Below are positions 13,360-26,014 of a DNA stretch of 64,000 bases, in pieces. Made by a program: the position numbers and the translations under genes. This DNA comes from Mobula hypostoma (Eukaryota), in assembly GCF_963921235.1 (NCBI RefSeq), contig NC_086118.1, positions 27,034,001-27,098,000 of the forward strand, written 5' to 3'. The notes under the pieces are model-generated. The model saw only the letters and a program-made list of their open reading frames with translations, did not search any database and was not told the DNA's origin. How positions within the stretch are numbered: position 1 is the stretch's first letter; each line of letters opens with the position of its first letter.

Positions 13360-15460
13360 ACATAAGCCATAGGAGCAGCATTAGGCCATTCAGCCCATCA
13401 AGTCTGCTCTGTAATTGCATCATGGCTGATTTATTATCCTTCTCAACCCCAATGTCCTGCCTTCTCTCCATAACCTCTAACACTCTAAGAAAGAATCTAT
13501 TAACATCTATTTTAAATATACACCATGATATGGCCTCCATAGCTGTCCAAGGCAATGAATTATACAGATTCACCACCATCCGACTAAAGAAATTCCATCT
13601 TATCGCTGTTCCAAATGGAGATCCTTCTATTCTGAGGCTGTGCCCTCTCGTCCTAGATTGCGCCACTTTAGGTGACATTTTCTCCACATCTGCTCTATCC
13701 AAGCCTTTTAATATTAGATAGGCTTCAATGAGATCTCTCCCCATTCTTCTAAACTCCAGCGAGAACAGGTCCAGAACCATCAAATGCTCCTCATACTTAT
13801 GATAACCTTTTCATTCCTGGAATCATGCTCGTGAACCTCATCAGGCCCCTCTCCAATTCTAGCACATCTTTTATTACGTAAGGGCCCAAAACTGCTCACA
13901 ATACTCCAAATGCAGTCTTATAAAGATGCAACCTTATAAAGCCTCAGCATTATATCCTTGCTTTTATATTCTAGTCCTCTTGAAATGAACGCTAACTTTA
14001 CATTTGCCTTTCTTACCACTGCAAATTAACCTGTAGGGAATCTTGCACAAGGATCCCCAAGTTCCTTTGCACCTCTGAATTTTGAAGTTTCTCCCCATTT
14101 AGAAAATAGTCTACACCTTTACTCCTTCTACCAAAGTGCATGACCATACACTTCCTTACACTATATTCCATCTGCCAGTTCTTTGCCCATATTCCCAAGC
14201 TGTCTAAGTCCTACAGCAGTTTCCCTGCTCTCTCAACACTACCTGCCCCTCCATCTGTCTTCTTATCATCCACAAAAGGGGCCACAAAACCATTTATTCC
14301 GTTATCCAAATCAGTGACGTATAATTTGAAAAGGTCCCAATATCAACCCCTGCAGAACACCAATAGTCACTGGCAGAAAACAAGAAAAGGTCTTCTTTAT
14401 TTCCACTATTTGCTTCCTGCCAATCAACCAATCTTCTATCCATGCTAGTACCTTTTCTATAATACCATGGGCTCTTATCTTGTTAAGCAGACAATGTGCG
14501 GCACCTCGTCAAAGACCTTCTGAAAATCCAAGTAAACAACATCCACTGACTCTGGTAGGGGAGTCTAAGACAAGAGGGCATGACTTCAGGATTGAAGGAC
14601 ATCCATTTAGAACAGAGATGCGGAGAAATTACTTTAATCAGAGGGTGGTAAATCTGTGGAATTTGTTGCCATGAGCGGCTGTGGAGGCCAAGTCATTGGG
14701 TGTATTTAAGGCAGAGATAGACAGGTTCTTGATTAGCCAGGGCATCAAAGGGTATGGGGAGAAGGCAGGGGAGTGGGGATGACTGGGAGAATTAGATCAG
14801 CCCATGGTTGAATGGCAGAGCAGACTTGATGGGCCGAATAGCCTATTTCTGCTCCTATATCTTATGGTCTTATTGCCTTATGGACTCTCCTTTATCTATC
14901 CTGCCTGTTATTTCCTCGAAGAATTTCAACATATTTATAAAGCAAGATTTCCCCTTAAGGAAAACATGATGACTTTGGCATAATTTATCATGTCCCTCCA
15001 AGTACCCCGAAACCTTACTCTTAATAATGGATTCCAACATCTTCCCAACCACTGAAGTTCTACTAAGCAACTCCCAAAGACTCAGCACCCTTAGCTTCTG
15101 CCTGTTCTCATTGAAGCTTGTTGAGCCAAAGCCTGGCCACTCTGACAATGGTCATTCCTACAAAAGCCACTCTGCTTTCACCTCCTTTCTTTTTGTTGGC
15201 TCAAACAGGACACTCCCAATGAGGCTTGCTCTTTTCAGATGGCTCCTGTCCTGAAAGATGTTGCTCTCTCACTGGCTACTTCAAACAATGACTCATATCC
15301 GATGGTACTTGCTGCTTTCAAATGGCTCCCGAACCGCAATATTTCACTCTATCGCTTGCTACTTCAAACAAAAACTCACTCCCAATGAGACCTACTGGTT
15401 TCAAGTGGCTCCCTCCCTGTAAGATGTCACTCACTCACTATTTCAAGCAAGTACTACAGA
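13360..15460 (-). mobile_element. CR1 LINE (RT to 3' end plus putative 5' UTR) with an oppositely oriented CR1 3' fragment at about 14553-14875
   Basis: TSVVGKMLESII, GKSC..N, WQMEY, SLEFRRMGRDLIE, SRTRGHSL. Confidence 0.88.
15211..15450. repeat. Three degenerate 83-bp tandem units
   Basis: Units start at 15211, 15294 and 15377 and share CACTCCCAATGAG, TTTCA..TGGCTCC and GCTACTTCAAACAA-like blocks. Confidence 0.8.
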
Positions 15461-15504
15461 CAGCATTCATGTAGTATTAACCATTTTTAAGAGACTGCTA
15501 TATT

Positions 15505-16000
15505 TTGAATTGAATTGATTTTATTACTTACACCCTTCATATACATGGAGTTAAAATGTATACGTTAAGTCTCTGTCTAAATGTGCACTGTGCAATTTAT
15601 TGTAATTTATAATAAATACTACGTACAACATGACTGTCAATATAACAATTGTATCAGCATAAACTAATCAGTCTGATGGCCTGGTGGAAGAAGCTGTACC
15701 AGATCCTGTCGGTCCTGGATTTTATGCTGCGGTACCGTTTCCCGGATGGCAGCAACTGGAAGAGTTTGTGGTTGGGGTGACTCGGGTCCCCAATGATCCT
15801 TAGGGCCCTTTTCACACACCTGTCTCTGTAAATGTCCTGAATAGTGGGAAGTTCATATTTACAGATGCGCTGGGCTGTCTGCACCACTCTCTGCAGAGTC
15901 CTGCGATTGACGGAGGTACAGTTCCCATACCAGGCAGTGATGTGGCCAGTCAGGATGCTCTCAATTGTGACCCTGTAGAAAGTTCTTAGGATTTGGGGAA
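15505..16000 (-). mobile_element. Rex1/Babar 3' fragment
   Basis: LPTIQDIY..RC..RA..II.DPSHPNH.LF.LLPSGKRYRS; (TTCAA)n tail. Confidence 0.88.
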
Positions 16001-17119
16001 AAAGTCATCGTTCCTTTCTTACTCTCTCCAGTCCCACTATTTAAAACACCCTTTTAGCAATGGAATGATAGCAACCAGCAGATATGGGATTCCCTTGGAA
16101 GGTAGAATCTGGTAATTTGAGTAGCACGTGGTGTTTGTCATTGCAGACCTAATCTGGTTGAACAACAGAGATAATGTCCTGAGTATTAAACCAAGGAAAA
16201 GCCTTTAAAATAAACACACTCTTCATGTTTGTACAGTAGTATTTCCAAATATGAGCATCTGGTTTTCTTCTGTGATTTAACAACTTCAGCTAAAATCCGT
16301 AACTGGAAAGGTTATAACATGTAAACATTAACTTTAATGTAAAATTAAAATTTACACAGAGCACCACATATTTTGTAAGAATTTCTCCCGTATAGACTAC
16401 AAGGTTTAAGGTGCTTAACACCATGAAAAGAATTGCAGCAAATGTTGCCTTAGTCAGTGGCATGCTTGACCTCAGACTGAATGAATAAAATAACTATTAA
16501 ACAGAAATAATAGCCATAAGGACACACATTCATTTGATTAAAAACTACGAATCATTTTTGGTTTCTTATTGCAATTTTATATTTTGGGTTCGCCAGCTAT
16601 TTGTAATCCTATGGTTATCACTTGGGACTGCTTATTTTTTAAATGCTATCTATAATAAAAACAAAAATGCTGGAAACACTCAGCTAGTCAGGCAGCATCT
16701 ATAGAAAGAGAGATAGGAATGTAAGGGAGAGAAAAGATGTTAACTTTAAGCTGTAGAGTGGGTGGGTGAGTCAAGAATAGGGCGAAGGGAATACCTCTGA
16801 TAGGTTGAGGTGAAATCACCTGAGTGATGGGCTAATGAGGGAGGATAAGTGAAAGAAGCAGACACAACACACAAGAGAAAAAAAGAACAGGGAAACCTAA
16901 ATCAGAGCTCCAGAAAATGGTCATCAGATCATTGTCAGTGGAAAAAGAAAAACTGAGGTAAACTTGCCGATCAAATTTGTTGGAATTCTTTGAGGACGTA
17001 ATGGGCAGGATTTTCAAAGGAGAGTCTGTGGATTTTCAGAAGACCTTTGACAAGGAGCAACACATGAAACTACTAAACAATATGAGAGCTCATGGTATAA
17101 TAGGAAAGCTACCAGCATG

Positions 17120-17448
17120 CAACGTTCCCTCAAATTATTTTTTCACAGCTGCATGGACCAACTATTACTCTGAGCAGGAAACCTTTGCACTGCCTGAAAA
17201 CTGCTCAGCCCTTTGTATGTTTTTTTTTGGAAAATGCATACTATGGCTATTTAGATTAAAGATTGAAAAAAATCACATAATTATGATTTTATTTATTAAT
17301 TGAAGGGTATAATGAAATACAGTACAACAAAGAAAATCTTTCACATTTTGTAAGCTTTTTCTCCTCTGCCTTTATTCCAGCTGTGCAGCAACGAAGGTTA
17401 TTCAGTTACTGCATGGCAGCGCACCCGCGCAGCTTAGAAGGAACAGTG
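17120..17448. mobile_element. Short hAT-like MITE
   Basis: Imperfect TIRs CAACGTTCCCTC / GAAGGAACAGTG. Flanks CCAGCATG / CTAACGTG differ only by transitions. It follows a CR1 fragment. Confidence 0.55.
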
Positions 17449-17960
17449 CTAACGTGGGCAGAGAGTGTCCTTGAGAATTTGGTTCTCATTTCCTACATGA
17501 TCTCTAGCCTTGCAGTTTTGGGAAACCACCATCACAAAGAGTAGGACAAATCCTGCCAATGATTTCTGTCAACACAGTTTCTGTCAATTACTTATGTCAA
17601 AGATGAACAAAATTATGCAGAAATTTTGGTAGAAATTCAGCTCTTTTGAATGTGACTTCAAAGTTACGTAGAAGGTTATTGCTATGAACTTGGTGGTAAA
17701 GAAGATTAGAAATGCTTGATTTAACCATATGTTGTATAATGAAGAATGGAATTAGTTCCTTCAAAATATAAATCAATACATTTCTGGATATTAAGTCAAA
17801 TCAAAAGGAAAGTCCAGAAAAACTGAGATGAGAACAGGAGGCATGAGGAACTACAGATACTGGAAGCTGGAAAAAGAACCAAACTGCTGAAGGAACTCAA
17901 TGGGTCAGGCAGCATCTGTGGAAGCAAGGGATAGTTTTGTGTTAAGATCTTTCATTTGAA

Positions 17961-20925
17961 GAGAAGGCAAGAAAGTCGTTCTTTGAGAACGCTCACCAGT
18001 TCACAAAGAAGTTGTTTGAACAAAGTAACAGCGGGCAGCTTAACATCTCTCAACAAGAACTTGAGGATCACCTGGCAAGCACTTACTCTAACTAACAGCG
18101 GGAGGCTCCTTTGCTTGACATTTCAGGGCTTGTGAAGCCTACCGAGCCAGGAGTGAAGTTCGACCTGTCAGAACCCAAACTGGCAGAAGTCAAACAGTTC
18201 ATCAGAAAGGCAAGGTCAGGTTCTGTGCCAGGACATAATGGAGTGCCGTATAAGGTGTTCAAGAAATGTGAAGAGCTGAGGAAATACTTGTGGAGGATGT
18301 TAAAGGTGGTGTGGAGACAAGGTGTTGTTCCTTTGTCATGGAGTGAGGCTGAAGGAGTATACATCCCGAAGGAAGAGAATTCTTCTACATTGAATCAGTT
18401 CCCACCAATTTCACTCCTGAATGTAGAGGGGAAGATTACGTTTGGAATTCTAGCAGAAAGAATATCTTCATTTGTGATAGAGAATGGATTGGTAAATACA
18501 TCTGTGCAGAAGGCAGGAACACCGGGCTTCTCGGGATGCCTTGAACATACTAGCATGATATGGCATACCATCCAGGAGTCGAAAAGGTTGAGAAGAAATC
18601 AGGCTATAGTTTGGCTTGATCTTGCAAATGCATATGGTTCTGTTCCCCATGCCCTAATTGAGTTTGTGATGGAATTCCTATGGATTCCTGCTAAGGTGAG
18701 GAACTTTGTTATGCAGTACTACAACGATTTCCGGATGAGGTTTTCCACTCAGCAGTTTAAAACTAGGTGGCAGAGCTTGGATGTTGGAATCCCAATAGGA
18801 TGTGCGATTTCACCCATCCTTTTTGTGTTAGCCATGGAGGTCATTGTGAGGGCTGTAGAATCAGTGGGACCAGGTGTCGCACTTGATGGCGGAGGGGAAT
18901 TACCACCAATACGAGCATTCATGGACGATCTCACCCTTTTGGATCCCAGCATGGAGGCAGTGGAAAGTGTACTATCTAGACTTGAGGAGCTAATGGACTG
19001 GGGAAGAATGAAGTTCAAGACCAAGAAGTCACGGAGCCTTGTTCTTAGGAGAGGAAAGCTGGTTGACTTTCATTTCACCCTTTGTGGAGAGAAGATTCCA
19101 TCCATTCAGGACCAACCAGTTAAGAGCCTCGGGTGATGGTACACAGAGGAGCTCAGAGACACCAAGAGGGTTCAAGAGACAGGAGAACAGATCAGCAGAG
19201 GTCTGACGTCTGTCGACAAGTGTGGCTTGCCAGGCAAGTTGAAGTTGTGGTGCTTGCAGTACGGACTGATGCCACAGATAATATGGCCAGTAACTGTCTA
19301 TGAAGTGGAAATGTCCCATGTTGAGGCAATGGAACAGAAGATCAACAAGTATGTGAAGAAGTGGTTTGGAGTACTGAGCAGCCTCACCAATGTTGCAATT
19401 CACAGTAGCCAGACAAAGCTTACCATCCCACTGCAATCCCTTGTTGAGGAGGTCAAGGTAGCCAAGGTAAGATCATTCTTGATGCTTCGAGACTCAAAAG
19501 ACCCTGTCATCAAGAACACCCAGTTGGATGTGAGATCAGGCAGGAAGTGGTCAGCCCATGTAGCAGTTGATGAGGCAGAGTCTAGATTGAAGCACAAGGA
19601 GACGGTTGGGGCTATCCAGCTAGGCCGCCAGGGACTTGGATGGACAACCCACAAGTGGTGGTCATCTTCTACAGGTAAGGAGCACCGTGAGCTTGTAATG
19701 CAAGAAATACGAGAGGTAGAAGAGGAGAAGAGGTTAGTTAAAACAGCTGGCCTGGCCAAACAAGGGGCTTGGGCCTGGTGGGAAAGTGTTGAACAACAAC
19801 ATCTATCTTGGAATGTTCTGTGGCAGATGGAACCGCTCCGCATCTCTTTTCTATGCAGAGCAGCGTACGATCTGCTCCCAACACCTGCCAACCTCAGCAC
19901 CTGGTATGAAGATAAGACAGACAGGTGTGCTGCTTGTGGCGAGAAGGGAACACTTCAACGTATCTTGAGTGCATGCAGAGTCAATCTTTCCAGAGGCATG
20001 TACACTTGGAGACATAACAATGTTCTCAAAGTTGTAACAGAAGCGGTTGAGCAGAGAGTACTGCAGCACAACTTATCTCATGCCCCATGTTGCACAGAAT
20101 ATCGCATATCATTTGTGAAAGAAGGCTCCAAGTCAAGGGTGTACAGCATAGGCTCACGATCAAGCATACTTTCTTCAGCCAATGATTGGTGTGTCAAGGC
20201 TGACCTGGATGGGAAGGTCCTGGAGCAAATAGCTTTCACCACATTGCGTCCAGATATAATCGTGTGGTCTGACACCAGTAGAAAAGTGGTTATTAGTGAA
20301 CTCACAGTCCCCTGGGAAGACAGCATTAATGAAGCTCATGAGCGCAAGTTAACCAAGTATGCAGAATTAAGATCAGAGTGCAGAGACAGAGGGTGGAAGG
20401 TCTCATGCTATCCATTCGAAGCAGGCTGCCATGGCTTTATTGCATTCACTTTCCAGAAGTGGCTGCATGACCTTGGCTTCACCAGAAGAGAGAGCAAGTC
20501 AACCAGCAGGGCTGTAGCTGAGGCAGCAGAGACAGGATAATCATGGGTGTGGACCAAATACGTCCAGAGGGGCAGATAGTCAGACAGTGTATCCATCTTT
20601 TGCAAACCCTTCAGTGGCTGCATAGACACCTGAAGAGTAGACTATCTGTTGGATGGAAGTGACCAACAACTCTGATAGAGGCAGATGCCAAGTTTTTAAG
20701 CTCACCCGTGGGAGGTGGTGCTTTAGCACTGCTGGCCCACCACCTCGAGGGAGTCTTACTCATAAGCCGGCCGAAACTCCTGAAGACAGGTGGCAGATCA
20801 ACTGGTGATCCCACTGGTGATAGCACAGGACAGTTAACATCTTTGTCCAAGTGTATTTTCAATTCAATTCTTTGTACCACCATTGAGCTAGGATTGATCT
20901 TGATGAACAATGGAAACAATGGAAA
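17961..20925 (+). mobile_element. HERO-like non-LTR retrotransposon (RT + zinc knuckle + restriction-like endonuclease), 5'-truncated
   Basis: One frame 17961-20579 broken only by three stops (18093, 19134, 20538). RT motifs PISLLNVEGK, WLDLANAYGSVPH, AFMDD. CxxC..(H>R)xxxxC knuckle, YTWRHNNVL, and RLE RPDIIVW..ELTVPWE..KY. About 350 nt of 3' UTR follows, ending in AACAATGGA repeats. Confidence 0.88.
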
Positions 20926-21630
20926 CATCAGTCACTGAAAGTAAGCATGCAAGTACAGCAGGCAGTGAAAAAAGCTAATGGCATGCTGGCCTTCATAACA
21001 AGGGGAATTGAGTAAAAGAGCAAAGAGGTCCTTCTGCAGCTGTACAGGGCCCTGGTGAGACCACACCTGGAGTACTGTGTGCAGTTTTGGTCTCCAAATT
21101 TGAGGAAGGACATTCTTGTTATTGAGGGAGTGCAGTGTAGGTTCACAAGGTTAATTCCCGGGATGGCGGGACTGTCATATGTCGAAAGATTGGAGTGACT
21201 GGGCTTGTGTACTCTGGAATTTAGAAGGCTGAGAGGGGATCTTATTGAAACATATAAGATTATTGAGGGATTGGACATGCTGCAGGCAGGAAGCATGTTC
21301 CCGCTGATGGGTGAGTCCAGAACTAGAGGCCACAGTTTAAGAATTAGGGGTAGGCCATTTAGAACGGAGTTGAGGAAAAACTTTTTCACCCAGAGAGTGG
21401 TGGATATATGGAATGCTCTGCCCCAGAAGGCTGTGGAGGTCAAGTCTCTGGATGCTTTCAAAAAAGAGATGGATAGAGCTCTTAAAGATAACGGAATCAA
21501 AGGTTATGGGGATAAGGCAGGAACTGGATACTGATTGTGGATGATCAGCCATGATCACGGTGAATGGTAGTGCTGGGTCGAAGGGCCGAATGGCCTACTC
21601 CTGCACCTATTGTCTATTTTCTATTGTCTA
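20925..21630 (+). mobile_element. CR1 3' fragment
   Basis: LVRPHLEYCVQFWSP, LEFRRLRGDLIETYK, SRTRGHSL; (CTATTGT)n tail. Confidence 0.92.
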
Positions 21631-21949
21631 AAAGCACTGAAGGTCCAAAGGCCTTGTCCTGCTCCTAATTTTTTGGTTTTGCAGTTTGAAAGATACATGA
21701 TTTGATTATTTCTGTAAGATTATGCTTGCTTGTATTGAATTGTGCCTTAGACCTATTTCCACTAATGAAACAGCTAAAAGCTTTGTCGTGGGTACTTTAA
21801 CCCAAGGTAGTCGTGACATTTCCAACTGTGCCAACTTAATGTTAAAAAGTATTCAGGTTTGGTAAAATGTCTTTGTAAATCTGAGTACAACAAAAAAAGA
21901 ATGCTTCTCAGCTTGTGTTCTCTCCAAAACATACCTCACATACAATTTC

Positions 21950-22060
21950 ACAGCCAGCCTTCAGTTCTGATGAAGTGCCTTCAATCTGAAATGTTAACCA
22001 CTTCTTTTTTTCCCACAAACGCTGCCTAACCTACTAAGCTGTATTAACATTTTCTAAATA
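21950..22060 (+). mobile_element. Old Penelope-like terminal repeat fragment with degenerate hammerhead motif
   Basis: GTT-CTGATGA...GAAA-TGTT-AAC (21964-21998) plus GCTGCCTAACCT tail; related minus-strand remnants near 16660-16720 and 17845-17960. Confidence 0.5.
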
Positions 22061-24174
22061 CTGTAACAATATAATATGTATTTGAGATGCAAAGCTGTAC
22101 TGTGATTCTTCCAAGTAACCCATGAATTCTCTTGAATTAATTTTATACATAGATTAGTTTCTATAAATTTTTTAGGAGGTCGATCTATCAAGTACTTCCC
22201 AAAATGACCTAGAGCATCAGGCAATTTAACTCTTAGTCCCCAATAGTTCCAGAACAAATGTTCAATTGATTCACAAATCTGTTCAAGCTTATTTTCCAAA
22301 AATCAATTCATTTCAGCCTTGGATGTTCTCAATTAATATCTAAGGCCTTCATGGCATTGAATTCCAAAATGATAAAATGATTGGCTTGACAATCTGTAAT
22401 CATTTTGAATTGGTCTGTAATCATTTTACTTGTGAAGACAGCAATTTCAGTCTTTTGAAATATTGCCCAGTAAAAACCAGAGAGGTAGATTTACAGTTTG
22501 TGTATTTTGAAAAACACGCTACCCTTGTATTGTTATTCTCTGACTGTAAAGTACTGTGAGAAGCTTTGATATAAAAGAAATTAGGCTTTTGAAGATTGAT
22601 CTTTAACGTTTTCTCCTTCTCCTTTTGATCAGTATCAAATAAGCTGTGTTAAATACCTATTCAAATTAAACTAAGTTGCTTATGTGATTTTTTTTCTTTA
22701 TAGGGAAATTGCTGCTGAAAGTTTGGATAATGGTGTGTATTATGTTTGTGGAGCTGAAGTGTGATTAAGGAATACAATTGCTTGGGCAATGAAGGTTCAT
22801 AAGATCTGAAGTTTTATTGAGACTGAAAAATACATAATTTAGTAGTATGTAAGAGCAAAGGATCAAATGGCCAGTACTGCATACAGATATGAGTGACTAC
22901 AGAGTAAGAGACTGATTGAACTTACTGTTGATGGTAAAGTGAAATTTCCCCTGGGTGAAATATTGAACTTTCTAGGATCAACACAGCCATTTTCTATTCT
23001 GCAATGTTTGCAAATAAAGGATAAACTCTGCTTGAGTATTGTTGACATTATTGAAGTTTTAGTTGAAATATTTATATTAAATGAAGAGCTTTAGACCATG
23101 CCTGAGAGAAACCACAACTTATGGACATAACTTTTCTATTTTACATCTATGATCTTCTTTGCAAGTTGCATTGAAAACCTGGTGCTTCTAATGTAGGTAT
23201 AGAATGTCTGGTCAAACCAAATCAAATGCAGTCACTTTATTACAGTCAGTCAGATCCATGTTAGAGGAAGATGTAATGGGCCGTTCTTGCTAAGGTCACC
23301 TCCCAACTTGCAATTTATATGAAATATACAAATCCTGTAAGCATTTTCACCACTTCTATCCGCAGGATTCCTCCATGATGCACACCATCCTAACCTCATT
23401 GTCACTGGAATTCCTAAGCCAACGACATTTCAGATGCTTCCTTACTGGAAGTACTTCAAAGGCTTCAGACGGCCGCTCACAACCAACAGCTAAAATAATT
23501 AGAATTGAGCACTAAATCGACTTTCCAAGAACACTGTTTCTATGAAATGAATTAAAAATAACTTGGGTTGTGCGCCTTTAATATTCTCATCCTTATTTAC
23601 AAGTACTGATCTACTTGACCTCTTTAAGCTCAAAGCCCTCTGAGATCCTTCAAGTGTAGGAACTTGCACATCCCTGAATTTCTTTACTCCACTGCTGGAT
23701 GCCATATCTTCAGCTTCATTTCTTCTTGTTCTGAATTCTTTTTCACTTTTCTCCTTCCCTTTGTGAGCAAAATATTGGTCACCTGTTCTAACATCTCCTT
23801 ATCTAGCAAGATGACTAATTTGGTCTGATAATGTTATATGTTAATGTTAAAGATGTTTCATATATTCAAGTGTTGGTTTCTTGTTTGCTTACATTAAGTT
23901 ATAATTATCCCTTGAACACGAGAACTTCCCTTGTTAATTTTCGACTGGAGCTGAAGTATTTCATTATGTGCCAGATTAATGCTTTGCAAAATCCCCAATT
24001 ATATCTTTACAGACCATAAACCACAAGTTTGTCTTTATAATAATGTAAGCATCGTATCTAGACACTCAGATTTTCAGTCTTCATTTAAATAATCTTAAGT
24101 AAAATCTATTTTTGTGTAATTGAAAGGAAGGAGAAGGTACCAGGCTGTATTTTTTATTACTGTCTCATGTTTTA

Positions 24175-24458
24175 AATTTTATTTAAGATACAGTGTGGAA
24201 CTAGCCCTTCTGGCCCCTCAAACTGCACTGCCCTGCAATCCTCAATCTAACCCTGAACTGATCACAGGACAATCTACAACGATCAATTAACCTACTAATT
24301 GGGAGGTCTTTGGATTGTGGATGGAAAACAAGGATATGGAGAAAACCCATGCAATCCACAGGGAGGACGTACAGACACCTTAGAGGGGACATTGAAATTG
24401 GACTTTGCGCCCCGAGCTGTAATAGTGTCTTGCTAACCACTATGCTACCATGGTGCCC
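24175..24458 (-). mobile_element. V-SINE (HE1-like) tRNA-derived SINE
   Basis: Minus-strand head GGGCACCATGGTAGCATAGTGGTTAGC, V-domain TGTACGTCCTCCCTGTGGATTGCATGGGTTTTCTCC, CR1-like 3' tail. Confidence 0.75.
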
Positions 24459-24559
24459 ACCTATTCCCTTCCTACTTTAAATCATTTCAGTTTACAATCT
24501 GTACTCAGTTTAATCTGACTACTAACTAAGCCTCATTTCAAAAAAAATACAAGTACATA

Positions 24560-24612
24560 CGAGGGGTGATTGATAAGTTCGTGGCCTAAGGTAGAAGGAG
24601 TCGATTTTAGAA
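24560..24612. mobile_element. Mariner-like terminal repeat fragment
   Basis: TA-CGAGGGGTGATTGATAAGTT resembles Hsmar2-type TIRs; it is cut off by a CR1 tail and no partner TIR is seen. Confidence 0.5.
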
Positions 24613-25133
24613 AACATAGAAACATAGAAACATAGAAAATAGGTGCAGGAGTAGGCCATTCGGCCCTTCGAGCCTGCACCGCCATTTATTATGATCATGG
24701 CTGATCATCCAACTCAGAACCCCGCCCCAGCCTTCCCTCCATACCCCCTGATCCCCGTAGCCACAAGGGCCATATCTAACTCCCCCTTAAATATAGCCAA
24801 TGAACTGGCCTCAACTGTTTCCTGTGGCAGAGAATCCCACAGATTCACCACTCTCTGTGTGAAGAAGTTTTTCCTAATCTCGGTCCTAAAAGGCTTCCCC
24901 TTTATCCTCAAACTGTGACCCCTTGTTCTGGACTTCCCCAACATCAGGAACAATCTTCCTGCATCTAGCCTGTCCAATCCCTTTAGGATTTTATACGTTT
25001 CAATCAGATCTCCCCTCAATCTTCTAAATTCCAACGAGTACAAGCCCAGTTCATCCAGTCTTTCTTCATATGAAAGTCCTGCCATCCCAGGAATCAATCT
25101 GGTGAACCTTCTTTGTATTCCCTCTATGGCAAG
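24612..25133 (-). mobile_element. CR1 3' fragment
   Basis: QRRFTRLIPGMAGLSYEERL..FFTQRVV; tail reads (CATAGAAA)n on the plus strand. Confidence 0.92.
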
Positions 25134-25499
25134 GAGCTTGCTGAGCCTTAAACGCACTTTTGATCCTATATTTTGGAGCCTCCATAGCAGACCATGATGC
25201 AACTAGTCAGAATAGTCCCCACTGTACTTCTGCCAACAACAGTGGGCGAATTTATTGATGACGTTTCAGCTGTGCCTACCCTTACAGTCAGAGTCTAGGT
25301 TGTTCACAAAACCTGGAAAGATTAATGCAACACTAATACTCATCATCTCCTTGTCTGAAAATATCCATTCATCATCATCCTCTGCTTACCGTCACACAGA
25401 CAAGTCCAGATCCATTCCTGTATTATCAATTTCTCCAAAGTCAATAAGTTTCCATCTCCATAACAAACTTGCTTTGTAGCTTATCATCACATAGCCAAA

Positions 25500-25840
25500 T
25501 CCAGTAATTGTCCCCCCTCCCTTCACCATTCCCCATTCCTATTGTCCCCCTTCTCCAGCCGTTTACCACTTTCACCAATTGACTACCCAGCTCTTTACCT
25601 TAACCTTCCCACTTTCCCGGTTTCATTCATCACCTACTACCTTGTACTTCTTCCTCCCCTCCCCTACCTTCTTACTCTGACTTCTCATCTTTCTTTTTTT
25701 CCAGTCCTGATGAAAGGTCTCAGTCCGAAATGTCGACTGTTTACTCTTTTCCATAGATGTTGCCTGGCCTACTGAGTTCCTCCAGCATTTCGTGTGTGTT
25801 ATTTTAATTTCAGTCATCTGCAGATCTTCTCTTGTTTGTG
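25500..25840 (+). mobile_element. Penelope-like terminal repeat with hammerhead motif (25702-25739)
   Basis: Pyrimidine-rich tract, then CAGTC-CTGATGA-AAGG-TCTCAGT-CC-GAAA-TGTC-GACTG and the shared GCCTGGCC..GAGTTCCTCCAGCA tail. Confidence 0.72.
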
Positions 25841-26014
25841 TTTCTTTTGTAGCATTTGTTTATAAATCTTTCAAACAGATATATAGAAAGATGAAAATCT
25901 ATTTTGTTATATGTGTTAGATGAACAAGCCAGATCTTTTCTGTGGATCCCCATACAAATGTGGATATTCAAAGCTTTCTAAGAAATCTTTGCCACTGTAA
26001 TTCCACAAACTTTA

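Noticed and set aside
21751..21856. Candidate plus-strand exon (PISTNETAKSFVVGTLTQGSRDISNCANLMLKSIQ)
   Set aside because: Open frame between AG and GT, but a weak donor, an unrecognised peptide and no convincing partner exons.
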